Part shown: piece by piece, positions 54,350 through 64,000 of the stretch | Layout of the letters: every line of letters starts with the position of its first letter | Numbering within the stretch: position 1 is the first letter of the stretch | Assembly: GCA_964016885.1 (NCBI GenBank) | Contig: OZ024741.1 | Coordinates: forward strand, 252,402,001-252,466,000 | Direction of reading: 5' to 3' | Source of the DNA: Eledone cirrhosa | Taxonomy: Eukaryota | DNA: 64,000 nucleotides | Program-made: the position numbers and the translations under genes | Notes under the pieces: model-generated | Database searches by the model: none | Told to the model about the DNA's origin: nothing | What the model saw: only the letters and a program-made list of their open reading frames with translations

Positions 54350-56782
54350 CAATATTGTATTTGGTGGACTCTTCTCAAGGGTACCTGTGTCTATCCATTC
54401 ACTCTGGGATTCATACTGGGGGTAGAAATCTCCCTGACATTCTATATACTGGATGTTTCTATAATTCAAATCTGTAGAATACCTCACTGGGGTACCAGGA
54501 ACACTGCTGTTGCTGCTCTGACATGGTAAAGGTTGATCAATTCTGTTACATATAGCTGACCGATCAACACCTCTCCTAGTGGCCTTTGTAGATTGAGACT
54601 GACCACTGCTACATTTCAAAATACACAGTGTGATGGACACTACAATGACCACAGCCACTATTACAGCTGCTACTATAATTATAATTAATATTGGTATATC
54701 AAATATTTTGTTCTTCTCTAACTGGACAGTGGTCATCTGTGGTGATGATGTCTTGTTAGTGACCTTTAATGATAAAGACACAGTAGTTGTGGCTGACATC
54801 ACTGGGGTACCAGAATCCTTGACCACAAGTACCAGTTGATATGAGCCAGCTTCATTGAGATGAGGTGGACGAGAGAAAGACATTTGACCAGTAAAAGAGT
54901 TCAGTGTAAACAACTGTTTATTATTACCATCAAGTATTCCATATTTGAGGAAGGCATTTAAATGACTGTCTCTATCAGTGGCTTTAATCACAGTGATGGC
55001 ATTGGTACTTTGTGGATGGTAGTGGACATTGATATGGAATGGGTCAGTTGTAGGGTAGATAAAATATGGACTATTGTCATTTCTGTCTAAAACCTGAATA
55101 ACAACATTGGCTGTATTATTCAATGATGGTTGACCATTGTCTTTGACAAATACTTCAAATTTATACATGTCTTCTTCTTCTCTATCTAATGGTATGTTGC
55201 TGGTAATAAAACCATAGTCACTCACCTTAAATGGTATATTATTTCTGTCTTTACTTAATATTGAGTAAGTTAGTTGACCAGCCCTTCCTAGGTCTGGGTC
55301 AGTGGCATTAATAAAACCTATAGGAAAGTTAGCTTTACCATTCTCATAAGTAAGGAAGTGGAAATTATCTTTGGTAAATTGTGGTTTCACATCATTCACA
55401 TCCATTACTTCAATAGAAATCTTTCTCTCTGTCTTTAAAGGAGGACTTCCATTATCTTCACATACAAGTTTTATACTAAAATGGTCCAATGTTTCTCTGT
55501 CAAGTGATTTCTTCAAAGTAATTTTATATTCCTTTGATTCTAAATGTGAGAGGACAACTTTATCATGTTTTAAATTACAAGTCACCTCTCCATTCTCTCC
55601 TACATCATTGTCCACTACATTGACATAAGCTATATAACTGCCCACTTCAGTTCCTTCATAAATTGATGCTGTGTCCTTCTTTAGTTCAGACACAAAATTT
55701 ATCCTAATTTCTGGGGCATGGTTCTTTTCATTAAGAATATTCACCCGTACAATGGCAAAGGAATTTAGTGGTGGAGTCCCACCATCTTTGGCCTCTACAT
55801 ATAACTTCAGAATATTCTTTTTTTGGGATGTAAAATGTTTTCTCACGAACAATTCTCCTGTCTGGTGGTTTATTTTAAAGTAGCCTCTTGTGCGCCCTGG
55901 AGTTTTTGAACTGATATAATAAGTAACTTGACTATTCTGTCCTGAATCTGGGTCTTTAGCTGACAATGTTACAATGGGAATATCATTAGTCTGTGTATTT
56001 TTGATGGAAATATTGTAGATATGTTTTGCAAAAACTGGTGAGTTATCATTAACATCAATTATTGTTATATGAACATGTAAAATTCCTTGTTTTGGAGGTT
56101 GCCCTCCATCTTTAGCTATCACTTCTAGATTATAACTATCTTTTAGTTCCCTATCTAGTTTGTCTCCCAGAATAATTCCTATTTTAGCTCCACCTGTGAT
56201 AGTTTTCCTAACAGACAATATAAATGGTTCATTGAATTTTTTCTTTAATTTATATGTAACTTCAGAGTTCTCCATTCCAATATCGTTGTCAATGGCATCT
56301 GGTATCAAACCTTCAGCACCTTCACCATCACGTTCCCCAAATATTAATTCCATCTTTTTCTGTGGAAACTCTGGGCTGTGATCATTGATGTCTTGTATAA
56401 TGACTTTAACTTTTATGATCTTCAAAAATGTCTTCTGTTTATGTACAGCAACTTTGATGTATCTAAAACAATCTGACTCATATGTACACAGTTCCTCAGC
56501 ATCAAATGTTTGTGCAGTGTACAGTTTACCATCTTTTGTGACATTAAACAGGTGTGAATCTTCTGTCCATTGCTGTTGTATTTGGTTATATGTGATGAAG
56601 TTATTTTCTACAAGCGAGGCACTATTTTCCATCTGTGTGTCAGCAGCAATATCCCCAATAAATGTAAAGGGACTATTTTCCTCTTCTACATGGTAGCTCA
56701 GATCAACACAGACACAACTGTGAAGTAATAGACTGAGGACATTGGCAAGTAAGTATCTATTCCACACACAGTCTACTTCCAT
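54350..56782 (-). CDS. Protocadherin F, large coding exon (811 codons)
   Basis: Intact paralog. Exon starts at 56812 (3-nt deletion in the UTR part). Donor at 54350/54349. Confidence 0.96.
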
Positions 56783-58396
56783 CACAGAATATTAAATCAT
56801 ATCTAGTTTTATCTGAAATTATAGGAAAATATATAAATTTTCTTTTGAGATAATTCACTGAATGTTTGTGTTTATATTAACAACCTCTTATTAAATTACA
56901 TAAAAAATGGAAAGTAAAAGTTTAACCGTAGTATAATATATGTAATAATGCTTAATATAGATATAAAATAGATCATATATCTGAAATATTAATGGTAGGT
57001 AATCTATGCCAACGAGACTCAAGCAGGTCACTTCCTGGTTAGATGAGCCATCTAAGGCGGCATCAGCAACCGCAACTCCAATAACAAAAGTTTGGAATTG
57101 TCTATATGTCTTGTCCTTTTCAATCTAAGAAGTGACCATACTCAGACATGAGTAGGCTTTCCACTATTGTATGTCTGTATGTATGTCTCTGTATATATGT
57201 ATGTAATCATGTATGGAATGACAGTTAAGGGGTGAGACGATCTGTTTGATATGATTGAAAGAATATAATCTATCATGACAAAAACTTCATGAACAAACTC
57301 AAAGTAGTTGAGAATATACTGTATAACACTATTTTGATGTGATGTCAATTTTCATAAATTATTAGTCAATGTTTACTGTATGTGTGTGTATGGGTAAGTA
57401 TATAATTTTGTGAAGGTATATAAGATGAATATATGTTGTGATAGGTAATTCAGATGATACAATTTATATGATAAATGAAATACTTCAAGCATTTGTAGTG
57501 GATTAGTTGTTTTTTTTAATAAAATATATATATGAACTTGAATCATTTCTTTTTCCATATATTCATATCCAGTAAATTATTACGATTCAATATATTCATG
57601 GGAGATAACTATATTTATAGAGTGTAGTTATTCTAATTATCTCCCTTAATCTAACATGGGTTTCTAATCTATCATCTTTTATATAGATCCGCCAGAAATT
57701 GTGGGTTGTAATAATGAATTTAACACTATAAATAGACCTTGGGTGTTTAAAGATAAATAATTAAACAGTTTCAGATCTCCTTTTTTAAAACTAAGATTCA
57801 AAGAAATGAAGATGAATACTAAATAACGATGTATGTGTGTGTGTGTGGTATTGTGTGATAAATTACAGTATGTCTGGTATTACATCATATATTAAGAGAA
57901 AGAACATCTCTTAATGTGATATGGTGAGTACAGTATGCCTGGATATCACGGCATATGTTAAGAGAAGCTATATAATATATATCAATGTGATATTGGTATA
58001 GGTACAATATGTCTGGATATCACACTTATATATAGAGAGAAATAACATAGTATATATCAATGTGATATTGTGTGATAATGTACAGCATGTCAGAATTTCA
58101 CATCATATGTGAAGAGATGTAACATAATATATGTCAATGTGATATATGATAATGTACACAGTATGTCTAGATATCACAACATATATTAATGGAAAGAACA
58201 TAATATATGTGATGTGATAATATGTTGTATGTCTCTATTGATACTATTCTACAGTAATTTAAAATCATTTAAACTGGCATTTAAGAAATAAATTAATTTT
58301 ATATATCAATAAAATTTCAAATTTATCAAATTATCCAGATTTACAAAACATGATTATTTCTTATTTAATTTCAAGTGAGATAATATGAAAACTTAC

Positions 58397-58423
58397 CAAA
58401 AGTAGGAAATATAAGACATCAAA
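58397..58423 (-). other. Putative 27-nt 5'UTR micro-exon of gene F
   Basis: Same splice sites. Confidence 0.7.
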
Positions 58424-60423
58424 CTGAATGAGAAAACTTTCTTAAGTTGAACATTTCAAGTCATCCCATTTTGAGAACAACAGAAGAATCTATCAGTTGT
58501 CCTCTGTATCCAATAGTAACAGACCTGGTCCTCAATATATGGGTCCCTTCCATCAGATGTGACCCTAAAATATACCAAAATATAACAACACTATTGAATT
58601 AGAGTAAATAAAAGAGAATGAAATAGTTTTAACAGAAATATCTCTCCATCTCTCCCTGTCCCTCTTTCTCCCTGTCTCTCTCTTTCTACACACACATACA
58701 CACACACATATATATATATATATATACACATATATACATACATATGTGTGTGAGTCCCAGGTTCAATTGGGAGTAACCGGAATAAGTAAGGTACTCAATA
58801 CATTAGTAAAGAGTAAACATCATGTTTAATATGTTTAATATAGAAATGCCTTCTACAGGACTATAACTGTTTCATATATACAAATTTACAAATGTTAAAA
58901 GTCAAAATATGTGTATATATAATTTATATATTACACTCTAAACTATAAATATAAAAATTCTAGCTAATTCATGGTAACAATGGACATTTAACTCCTAATT
59001 AGGTCACAGAGGTGCCATAATGATATACAGCCCATCCCTCCCCAGCTCCGATTCCTTCCAGAGTAAGAGAGAGAGAGAAAAGGAGTAATAGAGATATATA
59101 TGAAGAATCTATCATAGTACTGGACTTTAATATTATTTAGTGACCTCAAAAGTATAAAAGCTAAAGATGATCTTTGCAGGATTTGAACACAGGGACGAGA
59201 TATCCATAAGAAATATTGCAAGTTCTTCTATCCAATACTTCAGCATCTCTGCCAATTCAGCAGGGATTTAATTCAGAGCCCAGAGAGCCAAGACAAATAA
59301 GACAAAATATTCTATTTGATATTCAAACAGCACTGCTATGTATTTCCCTAAAACTAAAATGTACTATACTGTACTAGATCATAAATTATGAATAATGAGA
59401 AATCAATATATATATCTTGTAAAGACAAAATGGAGATTTACTGTCAGCAATGTTGTTTAGTTACACAAGCTACACATACAATTTTAACTACCAAACAATA
59501 TAAAGTATGAAGTAAAAGATGTGATGAAAGTTATATCAAAATTGTAAGCTCAATGTCGTTCCACAATCATCAGAGAAAAACAAAAAATACGAATCAGTTA
59601 TAATCCATGTTGTAGAGGGAATTGAACTTTCAGTAAACAACTCAGACAAGTTGTGTGAACAGATATAATGGCTTTCTATTCATTATATATATAATCCATC
59701 TAAAAAAATAACGGTATATCCTTCAATATGCTAGAATTCTCAATAAACAACAATGTTTCTAACAGAAATTTATCAATATCATCATTATTATTGTTATCAT
59801 TATTATTATTTTCAAAATGACTAATCCACATACATATTAGAGAATCAATATCCACTGACAGACATATATGTTGTCTTTAATAATACTCTTATATATACAT
59901 TTCAGACCATAAATTTCTCTCAGACTTTGTCATACAACAATGTCTGACATCAGCACGATATCTGCTGCTCTGTAATTATAGATTCATTAAGATGTCTTCC
60001 TATATTTTGTTAAGATATTTATACAATGTTCTGAAAACATCATTTAATGATGACATGATACAATATATATATAAAATATTACTTTAGAAATATTTCTGCT
60101 ATATATATATGCTGCTATATATATATGCTAGTGGAAAGTGGACATTAAACGAGGATGATGATGATGGATGATGATATATATATAATGATAATGTGATTGA
60201 ATTGCCTATAGAAACTTTAGAAGTAAAATAATATAATTTAGCAAACATCGAGTAAAGGCAAGATGTTGTGAAGACAAAATGGAGATTTATCATCAGAAAT
60301 GTTGTTTATGGAGAGAAGCTACACACATAATTTTAACTAATGTTATATTTTCACACATTATATCAAATTTTCACACATTATATCAAATATGAAATATGTG
60401 AATAAAACAAGATGTATACTTAC

Positions 60424-60893
60424 CTCCATTGTCTCATCCATAATCTATGTCTGTGTATGATACTCTGTGTTAGTGTGTGGTAGAGTGTGATAGTGTCTCT
60501 ATGGTAGTAGTAGAGAGAGGGATCACAAGATGTAACTACTACTACTGCTGTTGTTACTGCTTTTGTCGTTATTGGTGCTGTTGGTATTGTTGTTGTTATT
60601 GCTGCTGTTGTTACTGATTCAGTTGTTATTCCTGCTGTTGTTTTTCTGCTGTTCTTATTATTATTAATGTTGTTATTGCTACTATTGTTACTGCTGCTGT
60701 TGTTACAGATACTGTTGTTACTGCTGCTGTTGTTACAGATACTGTTGTTGCTGCTGCTGTTATTATTGCTGTGTTGTTACTGTTGTTATTGTTATTACTG
60801 CTGCTGTTTCCCTGCTGCAGCAGTCTACTACACACACACAATATTACTACACATATTCTACAGTATACTCCAATGATGTGTCATAAGAGAGCT
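60424..60893 (-). other. Putative leader exon 1 of gene F
   Basis: Donor at 60424/60423. Confidence 0.55.
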
Positions 60894-61055
60894 GTATAGT
60901 CTGTGTAGTGTATAGTCTATATATGAGTTCTAGTTTTATCATGTACAGTGTAACAATGGTGTGTAGTATATATTTATATGTGAAATTTAGATATATTTTG
61001 TGTTGTACAAATATATGATGTTTTGAATTACATGGAATATCACTCCATGTTCTGT

Positions 61056-61120
<65 letters not shown>

Positions 61121-61612
61121 GTGTGTGTAAATTTAAGCCCATATGTGTGTACGTATGCATATATATATATATGTGTGTATGTAAATACATATATAGATAC
61201 ACACACACATATACATATACATCAATATATGTATATATGTATATGCATAATTCCACATATATATGCATACATTTACATGCATATGTATGGAGAAATATAT
61301 ACATATATATCATCATCATCATCTTCGTTTAACGTCTATTTTCCATGCTACCATGGGTTATATATATATATATATATATATACATATTCATACTCAAACA
61401 TATACGTATATACATACACATGCATACAAATATATATGTGTGTGTGTGTGTGTGCATGTGTCTATTTGTGTGTATATGTATCTATAGTATATGTCTGTGA
61501 AAATGTCTTCATGGAATAGTACAGATAGTTAAGAACCTGACACAATATTCCACAGTCTCACCCCGGCCCCTCTCTCTGTCACAATGTCTGTTTGTCTGGT
61601 GGAAATGTGGTT

Positions 61613-61636
61613 TCATTTTTTAATTCTTGTTGGTAA
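61613..61636 (-). CDS. Putative terminal exon of gene G, distal copy (LPTRIKK*TGA)
   Basis: Equivalent of 52525-52548. Confidence 0.5.
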   Translation of the reverse strand, partial: LPTRIKK

Positions 61637-61816
61637 CTGGAACAGAGAAAACAACATATAGAAGTTGACAAAATATTACATTTCAGACACATCAAACATA
61701 TGACTAACCAATGTAATATGTCTGAAGGAATATGATAGACAATATGTCTGACAAATATATGAGAGACAGTCTTGAATATACTATATATGACAAACACTAT
61801 AACTAGAGATATGGCT

Positions 61817-61840
61817 TTATTTTTTAACTCTTGTTGGTAA
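61817..61840 (-). CDS. Putative terminal exon of gene G, proximal copy (LPTRVKK*TAA)
   Basis: Equivalent of 52729-52752. Confidence 0.5.
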   Translation of the reverse strand, partial: LPTRVKK

Positions 61841-63448
61841 CTAGAACAGAGAAAACAACATATATATATCAAGAAATCGTTGAATAAAACATTTTATGTG
61901 TAACTGGTTGGGAGGACTCCTCAGTCATTTGATGGGAACCTATCTTGTATTTGTGCTATAGAGAAAGCACCCAGAACAATCTGGAAGTTGTTTGGTGATA
62001 GGAAGGGCTGTTAAAAGCCATGGTATAAATATTTTAGAAGAAAACATCTGTTCTGTCATGTGTATGATAACATCTTTAGCATTGGTGACATGACAAAATA
62101 CACACAGAACACTCTGTAAAATGGTTGGTTATGGGAAGGGTATCCAGCCATAATAATCTTATCAAGCCAATGATCAAGAGGTCTCCTCAGTTGTGCCAAA
62201 GACATAACGTGTATGATCATGATGAATGTATGACAGATAATATGTCTGAGCAATGAATGACAAACATAAAATATTTGGTCAATGTAGGAGAGGCAATATA
62301 TCTGATCAATGTGTAACAATGAAAATATCTGGCCAATATATGATTTTCATATCTCACCAATATATATGAAAGAAAATATGTTTGTCCAATGTATGACAGA
62401 CATATGTTTGACTAAATTATGAATTATAACATATCTGATAAATGAATGACAGATAATAACCAACGTATGACATATCTAAGTTAGAATACTAAATGGTGAG
62501 GATCTACATATTTTTGTCAAATATTTGAGATCATTGAATATATTATAAAGTGGATTATGGGATTGGAACTTGACCTCTGTTCAGGAAAATCATCAAAACT
62601 TAAAATTATCTCTGACTTTTACAATCACCATTATTTCTTCCTAAACAATATGAACATCTCTATATTCATCAGATCATCAAAGTATTGCTTAATCATGGTA
62701 ACACACCTTAGAATGTCTGACAGCTCAAAGCAATTGGTAGATCAAAGCAATTGATTGGTCAGATTCTGCCAGTTAGCTGCAGACTTGTCAATGAGCGCAA
62801 CTCATTTCTGACTCATCTGGATATGAGCCTATCCCAATCTCCTCTGTTAGTATTGCCTGCTACATATACCAAGGAAAATGTCTTCCACTTGACCTCCATT
62901 ACAGAAATAGTCTTACACTCCATCTTCACAAGATATGTGTTAAGAAATACCTATACAGTCCAGTCTATCTACATATTTTTCCAGAAATATTATTACAGTA
63001 CATCTTCCCTAGAAAGTTGATAAAAATAAACCATTCAGTCTAGTCTAACTACAGATTTTTCCAGAAATAGTTTTGCACCCTAACTTCACTATAACTATTT
63101 TCTAAATCAATCTTCCACTCCATTTCCACAAGAAATAATCCAACACTAGAAATATTTTAAGAATTATTCTTTCACTCTCATTCGCGACAAATATTTGTAA
63201 AATAGCTTTAAACCCAAATGAAAGACACGGAAATAAAACAATGAAGGTTGTTACCTAATTAGTGTCTCACAACACCTTATGAACTTTAATTAGTGGTATT
63301 GGGAGGTGGTGGGAATGAAGATGATGATGATGAGGTGGAGCAGGAAGAAGAGACATTTAAAACAGGGGAAAATGGTGATTATGAATGAATATATTTAGTG
63401 GTGATATATAAAAGTTGATGGATATATAATATATGAAATATAACTTAC

Positions 63449-64000
63449 CAATATTGTATTTGGTGGACTCTTCTCAAGGGTACCTGTGTCTATCCATTCA
63501 CTCTGGGATTCATACTGGGGGTAGAAATCTCCCTGACATTCTATATACTGGATGTTTCTATAATTCAAATCTGTAGAATACCTCACTGGGGTACCAGGAA
63601 CACTGCTGTTGCTGCTCTGACATGGTAAAGGTTGATCAATTCTGTTACATATAGCTGACCGATCAACACCTCTCCTAGTGGCCTTTGTAGATTGAGATTG
63701 ACCACTGCTACATTTAAAAATACACAGTGTGATGGACACTACAATGACCACAGCCACTATTACAGCTGCTACTATAATTATAATTAATATTGGTATATCA
63801 AATATTTTGTTCTTCTCTAACTGGACAGTGGTCATCTGTGGTGATGATGTCTTGTTAGTGACCTTTAGTGATAAAGACACAGTAGTTGTGGCTGACATCA
63901 CTGGGGTACCAGAATCCTTGACCACAAGTACCAGTTGATATGAGCCAGCTTCATTGAGATAAGGTGAACGTGAGAAAGACATTTGACCAGTAAAAGAGTT
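63449..64000 (-). CDS. Protocadherin G, 3' part of large exon (end of EC6, TM, cytoplasmic), truncated by window edge
   Basis: Translation matches the C-terminal part of A-F. Same donor at 63449/63448. Confidence 0.93.

Larger units (their letters stand above)
1..64000 (-). repeat. Tandem array of at least 8 protocadherin gene units (head-to-tail, ~8.9-11.1 kb period)
   Basis: Large-exon 3' ends fall at 5989, 17080, 26337, 36075, 45490, 54350 and 63449 (spacings 11091, 9257, 9738, 9415, 8860, 9099). Intronic and intergenic blocks recur in the same order in each unit. The array runs off both ends of the window. Confidence 0.97.

Noticed and set aside
5989-63449. Strict vertebrate-style model in which units are only variable exons with no 3' end of their own
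   Set aside because: Each unit has a conserved in-phase acceptor and stop downstream of the donor, so the genes can be self-contained. Shared distal exons remain only an untested additional possibility.

Overview
This is AT-rich, microsatellite-rich animal genomic DNA. The gene family and repeat content point to an octopod cephalopod (inference). The whole window is a head-to-tail tandem array of protocadherin genes on the minus strand, with a period of about 8.9-11.1 kb. It holds six complete large exons (genes A-F; signal peptide, 6 cadherin repeats, TM and most of the cytoplasmic tail), the 3' part of a seventh (G), and the 5' leader exons of an eighth gene (unit 0) whose coding exon lies left of the window. 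Comparing the units reveals a 4-exon model that the ORF track misses. It consists of an AAC/AGC-triplet-rich leader exon ending GAG|GTAAGT, a 27-28 nt non-coding micro-exon, a ~2.46 kb coding exon ending in a phase-0 TTG|GTAAGT donor, and a terminal exon adding LPTR(V/I)KK-stop. Paralogs are nearly identical except in short patches of EC1, the start of EC2 and the EC3/EC4 junction, and these patches are mosaically shared between copies. Spacers carry RTE-type and R4/Dong-type LINE fragments, tRNA-derived SINEs, degenerate minisatellites and simple repeats. All exon models are inferred from splice-signal conservation only; there is no transcript evidence.
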